A DNA stretch of 40,341 nucleotides from a virus (Duplodnaviria > Caudoviricetes). Shown piece by piece: positions 26,155 to 34,634 of this stretch (its first letter is position 1; each line of letters opens with the position of its first letter). The DNA lies in the IMG/VR virus record IMGVR_UViG_3300048574_000399, positions 1 to 40,341 of that record, one strand, 5' to 3'. Made by a program: the position numbers and the translations under genes. Below the pieces are notes generated by a model that made no database searches, was not told the DNA's origin, and saw only the letters and a list, made by a program, of their open reading frames with translations.

Positions 26155-26550
26155 ATGCCCGGAAAGTCGCAGTCCCACACCGATGCGGTGCTCAACGTTC
26201 TGCGCGGCGCGGACCTCACCGGAGTCGCGCCGTACGTCGGACTGTTCTCCGTGGCGCCCGCCGACGACAATTCGGCCGGAACGGAACTGGCGGGCAACGG
26301 TTATGCGCGGCAGGCTGTGACGTTCGGTGCGCCGGTGACTGACGCCGGGAACGTCCGGAAGGTGTCGAACACGAACAGCATCCAGTTCGGGCCCGCGCTC
26401 GCGGACTGGTCGCAGGCGGTGGCGTTCGGCGTGTTCGCTTCCGTGTCGGGCGTGCTCCTGTACTGGGACGCCTTGCCGACTCCCAAGACCGTTCAGCAGG
26501 ACGACTATGGCCAGTTCGGAGTCGGCACGCTCGTGGTGAAGGAGGACTGA
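26155..26550 (+). CDS. Virion structural protein (fibre/appendage-associated)
   Basis: AGGAG SD; YVGLFSVAP..GTEL.GNGYARQAVTF motif common in phage structural genes. Confidence 0.75.
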   Translation: MPGKSQSHTDAVLNVLRGADLTGVAPYVGLFSVAPADDNSAGTELAGNGYARQAVTFGAPVTDAGNVRKVSNTNSIQFGPALADWSQAVAFGVFASVSGVLLYWDALPTPKTVQQDDYGQFGVGTLVVKED

Positions 26551-26554
26551 GGCG

Positions 26555-27763
26555 ATGGCCGACAACATCAACATCAAGGATTCGTCCAATGCCGTGGTCC
26601 CGGTCGCCACGGAAGACATCGGCGGCGGGGTGGAAGTACAACGCGTCAAGTTAATGCTTGGCGCTCATGGGCAGGACGGCGGTGACGTCGCGGGCCCCAA
26701 CCCGCTTCCCGTGGAGGTTCAGAACACCACGGACACGGACAGCCCCGTGTGGGGAAACCAGGGGCCACTCACGCAGGACGCACGGGAGCAGTCCAACTAC
26801 GATTCGGTAAATCCGCTTCTCACGAGAGATACGCACCTCGGCCGTGTCTTGGGCCAGGACCTCCTCGTGAATCCTTCCACCAAAAGGCTGCAGGTGGAGG
26901 GTGCGCCGGTCGCGGATAACAGCGTGTTCGGGTATCTGCAGGCGCTGAACACGGATTTGACTGTTGTCCTCAACGGGGCGACCACGCTTCTCCTTCAACT
27001 CACCGGCACCTGGGCCGGTACGGTGTCGTTCGAGGCCAGCCCCGACTCCCAGAACTGGTACGCCGTGTATGGCCAACGTCCCGATGTAGTGACGACGATG
27101 GTTGTGAACACGACGGTTGTCGGCGTCTGGGTCTTTTCCGTCGGCGGGTTCAGGGCATTCCGCGCCAGATTCAGTGCGTACACTTCAGGCGTGGTGAAGG
27201 CGATGGCCGCCACCTCGGTCAATGGCAGGTTTGCAACCACGGTGACCGTGAACGGAACTGTTGGCGTCACTGGCTTCACTGTACGGACCACTGGCTCTGA
27301 GTTGTTGACGTCGGATTCCGGAGTCGTGCAGTTGCAGAATGCCCTCGTGGAGCCCACTCCGTGGAACCCCAGGTGGACTTCTTATGTTTACGGCGATGCG
27401 GTCACATGGAACGGGCAGGTGTACCAGTGCATCGTTCCGACGTCCGGCGTGAATCCGCCGCCTTATCCGAGCAACACCACCTACTGGCAGGTCGACCAGC
27501 GCCAGAACAAATCCCTGGTAACGAGCAGCTATGTCTCGCCACCTGCCGCTGCCAGAATCCGCGTCGAAATCGACCTGGATGCATACCAGTACAGGCTAGC
27601 TGAATCGTTGTTGGTGGCAAAGCAGCAGCAGGAGTTGTCGGATCTGTTGTTTCAAGAGCGCCAGTTGCTCCTGATGCAGCAGGGCGTGTCGGGTCTGTAC
27701 GGGTCCAGTTTCGCTATGGGCGCGAGCGGCATGTCCGCTTACGCCACCGAAGAATTCAGATAA
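26555..27763 (+). CDS. Virion-associated protein with beta-sandwich and CBM5/12-like module
   Basis: GGAGG SD; QRVKL..NPLPV N-terminus; QLTGTWAGTVSFEAS.D..NW; W..YVYGDAVTWNGQVYQC..P..YW. Confidence 0.75.
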   Translation: MADNINIKDSSNAVVPVATEDIGGGVEVQRVKLMLGAHGQDGGDVAGPNPLPVEVQNTTDTDSPVWGNQGPLTQDAREQSNYDSVNPLLTRDTHLGRVLGQDLLVNPSTKRLQVEGAPVADNSVFGYLQALNTDLTVVLNGATTLLLQLTGTWAGTVSFEASPDSQNWYAVYGQRPDVVTTMVVNTTVVGVWVFSVGGFRAFRARFSAYTSGVVKAMAATSVNGRFATTVTVNGTVGVTGFTVRTTGSELLTSDSGVVQLQNALVEPTPWNPRWTSYVYGDAVTWNGQVYQCIVPTSGVNPPPYPSNTTYWQVDQRQNKSLVTSSYVSPPAAARIRVEIDLDAYQYRLAESLLVAKQQQELSDLLFQERQLLLMQQGVSGLYGSSFAMGASGMSAYATEEFR

Positions 27764-27775
27764 GGAGAGAGGAAC

Positions 27776-28432
27776 ATGCTCGCAGAAATTCGCGCAGGTC
27801 AAACGCAGTTGTCTGATGGAACCATCGCTCCGGCCCGCGCCACACGCATGGGTGGGATCGTTGTAGGGGATGGCCAGGGGCGCTACTACGAACAGGCCGC
27901 GAGGGGGAACATCTTCTCGCTCATTCTGACGGCCTGGTCCGGCACGATCGCCGCCGGCAACATCGTGGGCGCCGCGGCCGGAGCCTCCACGCAGTTCGCT
28001 TTGTGGAACCCCAGCGGGTCCGGCAAGAATCTGTCGCTGCTGAAGTTCCAGGTCTGGGCCATCTCGGGCACGGCACCGGTCCCTCCGGTGATCCACAGCT
28101 TCTGCACCGCGCCGACGATTGCGACTTCGGTGGTGACGCCGATCGCCTGCAACAACGTGGGCATGGCGGCGGCTTCCGTGGCTCGCGCTCTGACCTCCAC
28201 GGCCGGGGCCGCTCTTACCGGCAACAGCATCCTGCAATACCTGCGGGCGGCGGACCTTGGAATCGGCGCTGGCGCAACGGTCCCGGCGAACCTGTTTGAG
28301 CCGAAGTTGACCGAGTACATCGATGGCGACATCGTTCTGCCTCCGGGCACGTGCTGGGTTCCGACGTGGATGGGCGCTGGCGCGACGTTCCTGGGCGGGT
28401 ACTCGATTACCTGGGAAGAGATCCCGCAGTAA
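27776..28432 (+). CDS. Hypothetical beta-rich virion protein (218 aa)
   Basis: AAGGAGAGAGG SD; LWNPSGSGKNL and ITWEEIP motifs. Confidence 0.8.
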   Translation: MLAEIRAGQTQLSDGTIAPARATRMGGIVVGDGQGRYYEQAARGNIFSLILTAWSGTIAAGNIVGAAAGASTQFALWNPSGSGKNLSLLKFQVWAISGTAPVPPVIHSFCTAPTIATSVVTPIACNNVGMAAASVARALTSTAGAALTGNSILQYLRAADLGIGAGATVPANLFEPKLTEYIDGDIVLPPGTCWVPTWMGAGATFLGGYSITWEEIPQ

Positions 28433-28451
28433 AGCCTCGCAAGCATGACCC

Positions 28452-29084
28452 ATGTCGCTGCTTCTACTGCTCCGGACTCAGTCCGCGACGACCCACACGT
28501 TCACGGGCGTGGCGTCCGGCCAGGGCGTCGGGGTGGCTCGTCTCGCGGTCCTCCGGCGCATGGCCGGCGCCGCCCCCGGCCAAGCCACGGCCACCGGGAG
28601 GCTGGCCCGGGTCTCCACGATGGCGGGCGTGGCTGTTGGCGGCGGGACCGTCTCTGGCGCGCTCCGGATAGCTCGCGCCCTGCACGGGATAGCCGCCGCC
28701 TCGGGCACGTCGGCTGCTCGCCTGGCGGTGGTCCAGAGACTCGCCGGAGCGACCACAGGATTGGCCGACGTTCGCGCGCAGTTGGCACGTGTGCGCCCGT
28801 TGGCTGGCGTGGCGTCCGGTACGTCCAACGTCCTCGGGCGCGCGACCTGTGTGCGCGCGCTTGCGGGCGTGGTCGCTGGCTGGTCGCGCGTTGTTGGCGT
28901 CCTGCTGCCTGCGGTCCGAACGCCATCTGCCCGCAAGCTTCGCGTCCAGAGGGAGACGCGCACGTTGCCCGTAAGCTTCGAGTCCCGCTGCAGGCTCGTG
29001 CAGCGCGAGGCGCGCATCCTCGTGCCCGCCGCAGAGGACCGGACCATTCACCCACACGCGGAAAACAGGGATATCGACGCATGA
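28452..29084 (+). CDS. Hypothetical Ala/Arg/Gly-repetitive protein (210 aa)
   Basis: About 20-aa degenerate repeats R.LAG.A.G....A.L; ATGA overlap with the next gene. Confidence 0.65.
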   Translation: MSLLLLLRTQSATTHTFTGVASGQGVGVARLAVLRRMAGAAPGQATATGRLARVSTMAGVAVGGGTVSGALRIARALHGIAAASGTSAARLAVVQRLAGATTGLADVRAQLARVRPLAGVASGTSNVLGRATCVRALAGVVAGWSRVVGVLLPAVRTPSARKLRVQRETRTLPVSFESRCRLVQREARILVPAAEDRTIHPHAENRDIDA

Positions 29085-29350
29085 CCTTCACGAAAGACCC
29101 GGATGCGGTCCTCGACTACTCGGTGGACTGGTCGCTCTGGCTGGCCGGCGACACAATCTCCTCAAGCGAGTGGCTGTTGGAGGACGGCGCGGCGCTCCAA
29201 AAGGCGAGCGACACCCATACATCGACCAGAGCGACGGTCTGGCTACTGGGCGGGCAGGCGGGCATCACCTACCTCGTGACCAACCGAATTGTGACCGCTG
29301 GCGGCCGAACGGACGACCGCACCATCTCCGTAAAGGTCGAGGACCGCTGA
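29081..29350 (+). CDS. Small Ig-like phage adaptor protein (89 aa)
   Basis: KDPDAVLDYSVDW..W..DTISSS.W..TVWL.GG..G..Y.VTNRI.T..GR.DDRTI motif. Confidence 0.8.
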   Translation: MTFTKDPDAVLDYSVDWSLWLAGDTISSSEWLLEDGAALQKASDTHTSTRATVWLLGGQAGITYLVTNRIVTAGGRTDDRTISVKVEDR

Positions 29351-29368
29351 CTCTCTTCGGAACCATCA

Positions 29369-29854
29369 ATGGAAAAGACCCGGACAGAGAGACTCGCTGA
29401 AGTCGCGCGAATCGCGGTGCGCCTCGAAGTGGAAACGGGATGCCCCGCGCAACTGCTTGTCGCGCAGTGGGCGGTGGAGTCGCAGTGGGGTGCGAAGCCC
29501 GCTGGCCACGCGAACTATTTCGGCATGAAGAAGGCGCCGCGCCACACGAAGTGCTGCACGGTGACGACGAGAGAGGTCGTCAACGGCAAGAGCGTGATGG
29601 AGGATCTCCAGTTCGCGGATTACGACTCTCTGGAGGCGTCCTGCCGCGACTATGCGTGGCTGATCACGCACGGGTCGCCGTACCGAGTCGGCTGGGAACG
29701 CTACAGGCAGGACCACGACCTCCACGCGTTGATCGCGGCGGTCGCCGCGACGTACGCCACGGACCCAGCTTATAAGGCTCTGGCCACCACCATCGCGAGC
29801 CAGTCCAACGTGACGGCAGCCATCAACAACGCGAGGACCGCCGTTCATGTCTGA
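29369..29854 (+). CDS. GH73 (FlgJ-like glucosaminidase/muramidase) peptidoglycan hydrolase
   Basis: AQWAVESQWG, NYFGMK, FADYDSLE, YATDPAY. Confidence 0.9.
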   Translation: MEKTRTERLAEVARIAVRLEVETGCPAQLLVAQWAVESQWGAKPAGHANYFGMKKAPRHTKCCTVTTREVVNGKSVMEDLQFADYDSLEASCRDYAWLITHGSPYRVGWERYRQDHDLHALIAAVAATYATDPAYKALATTIASQSNVTAAINNARTAVHV

Positions 29855-32800
29855 CTCCATCGGCAACATCACGGTTCCGGAGATCGCCGCGTCCGGCACG
29901 TTCCCGATCATCCCCGAGTACCCTTACGGCCGCGCCAGCCATCCGGACGTGGCCATCCACCAGTTCGGATCGGGTGACGCGAAGATCGAGCAGCGGTTCC
30001 TGCTGGGCACCGGCGCACGGCGGTTCACCGTGCGGCGCACGTGGATGAACGACACCCAGCGCGTCGCGCTCCGGAACTTCTGGGAGTCGAAGTACGGGCC
30101 GTACGGCGCGTTCACCTACAACGCGCCCAACGATGACGGCAACGGGACGACCGCGCTCACCTGCCGCTTTGCCAACGAGCCTCTTTCGTGGCAGATGGTC
30201 GCGGATTGGATCTGCTCGGTCGGTGTCACGCTGATCGAGATCCCCACCGGAACTCCGGCATATACCCTCAACTCGACGGTGACCCGCTTTGCGTCCGGAG
30301 GGCTCGCGACCGCACTCCTCTCCCAGGTCCAGCAGGTCGTCCCTCTCATCAAGATCGTTCCGCTCCAAGCCGGGTACCCGGCGATCTATCTCTCCGACCG
30401 GCGTTGCTCCGTGGGAGGGCAACTCTACCAGGCGCGACTGATCGACTTCGACGGCATCACGCAGGGCATGGGCAACGAGTCCGACAACGCCTCGTTCACA
30501 TTCGGCAACGCGGATCGCGTGATGCGCGATCTCGCCAACGACGTGGATCTGTACCGCGCGGCGCTCTCGTTCTCGTTGTTCCATGTCGGCACCGGCGCCA
30601 AGCTCGACCTGTGGAAGGGCGATATCGTGGACTGGTCCTGCGACTCGGGGCCGGAGTTCAAGGTCACGGCGTCCGATGGCCTGTACGAGTTGAACCTGCC
30701 CTACCCGACGCGCAAGATCTCCCGCACTTGCTGGAAGGCGTTCAACACGCAGGCGTGCCCGTATGCCGACCACGGCGCCATGGATCTGGTCCACTTCCCC
30801 GACGCCGCCGCCAACTCCTGCGACAAGAACTACGACACGCCGAACGGATGCCTCGCGCATGGGATGAAGCACTACTACGGCGGCATCATCGCGGAACCGC
30901 AGGGCGTCCGGATCAAGGACAACTCGACCGGCGTGTGGGGCTTCGGCAGGTCCATGCTCACCAGCGTGTCGCTGGTCGCGGACTCGATTTACGACCAAGT
31001 GCTGCCGGAGGTCTACACCGATACGGAGATGCCCGTCAACTGCAAGGTCGCGGCTGGCCGCGACGAGAGCGACTTTTACGAGGCGATGGGCATCGTGGGC
31101 GAGGGACCGATCGTCGCGTATACCCCGACCCACTACGAAGACAAGGACGGCGATGGCAACGCGGAGACGCTGGTGGGCCATACGCTCGACGGGCAGGCGC
31201 ACCACGGCTTCCCCAAGAACGTCTATGGCCTGCGCCTGGTGACCGGCGCCGATCCGGCCGGAGCGGGCGACTTCTTCTCGCTCGACCAGTCCGGCAATCA
31301 GACGGGCGGCGACTTCCGGAAGGTGTACTCGGGCAACTCGACGTTCAAGGACAATTTCGCGGCCGGCACGGCATTCGTTGTGATCCGCCGGTCGGACGCG
31401 AAGGGTCTGCAACTCTCAAACCCCGGCGACCACGCGATGATCGCCACCGTCGCGCAGGGCCTGAGCGGCTGGGTATGGACCAGCCCCGGCGTGCGCGTGT
31501 ACGGCCCCTGCATGGTGAACCCGGTCTGGATCGCGGTCAACATGCTGTTCCGTGCGCGCGGCCTCCGACTGGGCCCGGATGCCACGACGGCCCAACTCAA
31601 CGCCGCCGAAGCCCTGTTCGATGTGCAGGCGGCGCTCGACGCAGCCGCGATCTGCAACGACTCCGTTACCAAGATGGTCGGCGTTGGCAGCGAGACGCAG
31701 TTCGCATTCCGCGGCACGCTCCAGGAGGAGAAGCCCCTGCGGGACTGGCTCCAGGAAGTGCTGATGAACTGCCTCGGCTACTACACGTTCGCGTTCGGGA
31801 AGCTCCGCATCGGCGCCCGCGAGAACAGCAGCGCGGTTGAAGCATTCACGGAGGGCAACATCATCTTCCGGAGCCTCCAATTGGCTCCAGCCAAGCCGTC
31901 GTTCAACCACCTGACCGCCAACTTCGCGGACCAGGACTTCGCGTTCGTGAACAACAGCGTGGCGGTTTACGATATCGACCACGCCGTCCAGGTCGGCGGC
32001 GGCGCGGGTCCGATGTACCTGAAGTCCACCGTCAACCTCTGCGGCACCTCCACCAAGAGCCAGGCCGCCCGGATCGTGAGCACCCGCTTGCGCGAGGAAC
32101 TAGGCGGGACCAGCGCAGCGGAGTGGAAGGCCGCGCGGCAGATCGGGTTCAAAACCACGGTGCTCGCGCTCAACACGGAACCCGGCATGGTCTGCTCGAT
32201 GACTCACGCGGACATGCCCGGTGGCGCCGGAGAGTTCCGCGTCGTCTCATGGCGCCTAAACAAGGACTTCTCCATCGACGTGCAGGGCCGCACGACCACG
32301 GATTCGATGTACGACCTTGTTGCGGGCCCAAAGCCTGCCGACGTGGTGCCGACGCCGGTTCCGGAGGAAATCCTTTACGACACCGGGTTGCCCGGACTCG
32401 TAAGTGGCACGCCGAAACTCGCGGATTACGGCATGTTCGCATTGGACGATATCGAGGTCGCGCCGGATGCGGCTGGCAACATGAACATCGTCTCCGCGCA
32501 TGAGATCGCCATGTCGCTGTATTACGTGGACGAATTGGCGACGGACCTTTGGGCGAGCATCGACGCCGTCATCGACAAAGACACCGACCCGCTCCCCGTG
32601 GCCTGCACAGTCAACCCCACCACGCCGCGCGTGTTCCGGGTGGGCGACTTCGTCATGTTCAACGACGAGCACCAGAATCCGGACGTTGGGTACCTCCGGG
32701 CCTATGAGTGCATGCAGATCGTCGGCCCCGGAGACGTGGGAGACGTTGTTCCAACCGGCGAGTTCCAGTTCGGGCGGAAGTGGGACAACGACGCGCGCCC

Positions 32801-33707
32801 CGGCATGGCTTGTTTCGAGACGCTGAAGTGCGCGCACCCGCAGGGGATGCGCTTCTTCAAGATCGACTACAAGACGTTCACCTACTCGGTGCAGAAGGGC
32901 TTCTTTCGAACGCCGGGCCTACCCGCGCGCGTGGAGGCGAAACTCCCCTCGGCCTGCATCGTCGCGGCGGTGGTGGGCGTGGCCAACCACTTCGGCTACG
33001 GTGAGATGAGGACGTTCGGGCTGTATCACCACAGCGAACCGTTCATGCCTGGCGCTCGGACCTGCAATGGCGGGGCATACACGTTCCAGATCCCCGGCGC
33101 TCTGGCGGTCGCCGACACCGTCGTCATCCCCATGCGCGTCCACGACAGCGCGTCAATCCGGTGCATCTTCGCATACGTGCAGACGCCAACCACGGACGGC
33201 CAGAGCGCGTTCCTGGTGAAGTACTCGCGCGACGACGGCGCGACGTGGCAACCACTGGAGTACATGGGCATCGCGCAGATGCTGCCGGACGGTGCGAAGA
33301 ATACATACGATTTCCTGCTGGACGCGGGCTACGGTAAGCCGGCCACGCGCCGCCTTCCGTACAATGACTTTGGTGTCGTGCTCTATCAGAACGTCACGGC
33401 GGGCGCGGGCCAGCAGACCGTTACCACCGCCTCATACGGTGCGAACCGGCTCGGCTTCGACGTTGGCGAGTTCGTCCATATCAACATGGGGAAGGCCGAC
33501 GAGGAGTACGTCCAGGTGCTGGCCGCCGATCCAGATAACCAGACGTTCACCGCCGTGTTCGCCAAAGACCACGTGATGGGTGCCACGGTACGCCCGACGA
33601 TCTGGCCGACGGCGATTCTCAACGAGGGTGACAGCCTGGCGTTCGATATCCTGGCGGTCGCCACGCCAGACCCCGGTAGCGATCTGACTGTCGTTATCCA
33701 AACCTAA
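29847..33707 (+). CDS. Multi-domain tail tip protein (Dit-like + gpL-like + gpJ-like)
   Basis: N-terminus similar to the 25744 gene; Cys cluster CWKAFNTQACPY..CDK..NGC; NPVWI, LRDWLQEVL, EPGMV central-fibre-like motifs. Confidence 0.8.
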   Translation: MSDSIGNITVPEIAASGTFPIIPEYPYGRASHPDVAIHQFGSGDAKIEQRFLLGTGARRFTVRRTWMNDTQRVALRNFWESKYGPYGAFTYNAPNDDGNGTTALTCRFANEPLSWQMVADWICSVGVTLIEIPTGTPAYTLNSTVTRFASGGLATALLSQVQQVVPLIKIVPLQAGYPAIYLSDRRCSVGGQLYQARLIDFDGITQGMGNESDNASFTFGNADRVMRDLANDVDLYRAALSFSLFHVGTGAKLDLWKGDIVDWSCDSGPEFKVTASDGLYELNLPYPTRKISRTCWKAFNTQACPYADHGAMDLVHFPDAAANSCDKNYDTPNGCLAHGMKHYYGGIIAEPQGVRIKDNSTGVWGFGRSMLTSVSLVADSIYDQVLPEVYTDTEMPVNCKVAAGRDESDFYEAMGIVGEGPIVAYTPTHYEDKDGDGNAETLVGHTLDGQAHHGFPKNVYGLRLVTGADPAGAGDFFSLDQSGNQTGGDFRKVYSGNSTFKDNFAAGTAFVVIRRSDAKGLQLSNPGDHAMIATVAQGLSGWVWTSPGVRVYGPCMVNPVWIAVNMLFRARGLRLGPDATTAQLNAAEALFDVQAALDAAAICNDSVTKMVGVGSETQFAFRGTLQEEKPLRDWLQEVLMNCLGYYTFAFGKLRIGARENSSAVEAFTEGNIIFRSLQLAPAKPSFNHLTANFADQDFAFVNNSVAVYDIDHAVQVGGGAGPMYLKSTVNLCGTSTKSQAARIVSTRLREELGGTSAAEWKAARQIGFKTTVLALNTEPGMVCSMTHADMPGGAGEFRVVSWRLNKDFSIDVQGRTTTDSMYDLVAGPKPADVVPTPVPEEILYDTGLPGLVSGTPKLADYGMFALDDIEVAPDAAGNMNIVSAHEIAMSLYYVDELATDLWASIDAVIDKDTDPLPVACTVNPTTPRVFRVGDFVMFNDEHQNPDVGYLRAYECMQIVGPGDVGDVVPTGEFQFGRKWDNDARPGMACFETLKCAHPQGMRFFKIDYKTFTYSVQKGFFRTPGLPARVEAKLPSACIVAAVVGVANHFGYGEMRTFGLYHHSEPFMPGARTCNGGAYTFQIPGALAVADTVVIPMRVHDSASIRCIFAYVQTPTTDGQSAFLVKYSRDDGATWQPLEYMGIAQMLPDGAKNTYDFLLDAGYGKPATRRLPYNDFGVVLYQNVTAGAGQQTVTTASYGANRLGFDVGEFVHINMGKADEEYVQVLAADPDNQTFTAVFAKDHVMGATVRPTIWPTAILNEGDSLAFDILAVATPDPGSDLTVVIQT

Positions 33708-33755
33708 CCGTGATCAGGACGGTGGCACGGAACGGCTGAACTACTGGCCTGAGGC

Positions 33756-34562
33756 TCAGGTATCCACGAAATATCGCCGCAGAATCGGGAGTAGCTTGTC
33801 TGCGGCTGGTGGCGCGAAGCGTGGAGACTGCGCTACCACCATGTGCGTGAACCCGGTAAACCCGAAATTCCGGACAGGAGTGAAGGCAAATGGAACCGGG
33901 GATTCCAAGTAAATCACAGGCTCTATCACCCGCCTGCCCATGCAGTGATCGAGCGTTTGCCGGCTGCAATGTCTAAGTTCGAGCAAACCAGTCCTCCAGT
34001 CGCCGTCGCGGAAATGCATCACCATCAGGTCGCCTGGCGCACCATCAGTGTACGGATCTGGTTGGATTTCTTCCGAGAATCCGCTTTTCCAGTTGGCGGT
34101 CCACGGGATGCGAGCTGGGAACACGTACGTGAGCTGGTCAACCCAGCGGTTCGCCACGGCAAACATGAGGTAGTTTCCCGCGTTCAGTGCATCGTATCCG
34201 CGGCGCGGGTTACGACGTTCTTCTAGCGGCAGAGCGAGGAAATCGGATAACAGGTACACCCATCCTGCATCGCCCATCCCCATATCAGCGTGTGCATCGA
34301 CATGCACAACGGAAAATGGAGGGTTCAAAGTCCGTTCCTCAATCCAACGGCGCCATGTGTAGAACGCCTCATCGTGATCAATGATCTCTTTACCTGCTAT
34401 GGGTTTATCTCGGCTCAGAAAGCATTGCTGTTCAAGAAAATGGCGAACATCGTCGACCGATGCGCAACTGTGTTCGTCGTCAGAGGGGCGATCATCCGTC
34501 TGCGGCCAGTAAACCGTCGGGGTTGAGAACACGTCGAGGTCAATGTCAAGAATAGTCTGCAT
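33756..34562 (-). CDS. UPF0489-like (arginase/deacetylase-fold) putative metallohydrolase; moron
   Basis: LDIDLDVF, DHDEAF..W, VVHVDAHADMG, GNYL, QSPRFAP; antisense, with more A/T-ending codons than its neighbours. Confidence 0.8.
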   Translation of the reverse strand: MQTILDIDLDVFSTPTVYWPQTDDRPSDDEHSCASVDDVRHFLEQQCFLSRDKPIAGKEIIDHDEAFYTWRRWIEERTLNPPFSVVHVDAHADMGMGDAGWVYLLSDFLALPLEERRNPRRGYDALNAGNYLMFAVANRWVDQLTYVFPARIPWTANWKSGFSEEIQPDPYTDGAPGDLMVMHFRDGDWRTGLLELRHCSRQTLDHCMGRRVIEPVIYLESPVPFAFTPVRNFGFTGFTHMVVAQSPRFAPPAADKLLPILRRYFVDT

Positions 34563-34580
34563 TCTGGTAGAAAGATCTTC

Positions 34581-34613
34581 ACTTTAGCATTCGCGATCTG
34601 ATGACGGCCGTCA
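34581..34613 (-). promoter_or_regulatory. Putative extended -10 promoter of the moron with an upstream palindrome
   Basis: Minus strand TG-C-TAAAGT (34589-34581); perfect palindrome TGACGGCCGTCA 34602-34613. Confidence 0.5.
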
Positions 34614-34634
34614 CATAACTGGCGCAGGCTTAAC

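Noticed and set aside
28445-29350. 301-aa ORF as listed
   Set aside because: The Arg/Pro-rich first 212 codons are an alternate frame of the 28452 gene; coding starts at ATG 29081
30188-31840. 550-aa alternate-frame ORF inside the tail-tip gene (also 38427-39671)
   Set aside because: Arg/Gly/Pro-rich off-frame translation typical of high-GC DNA, with no protein-like segment, unlike the nested MTase ORF
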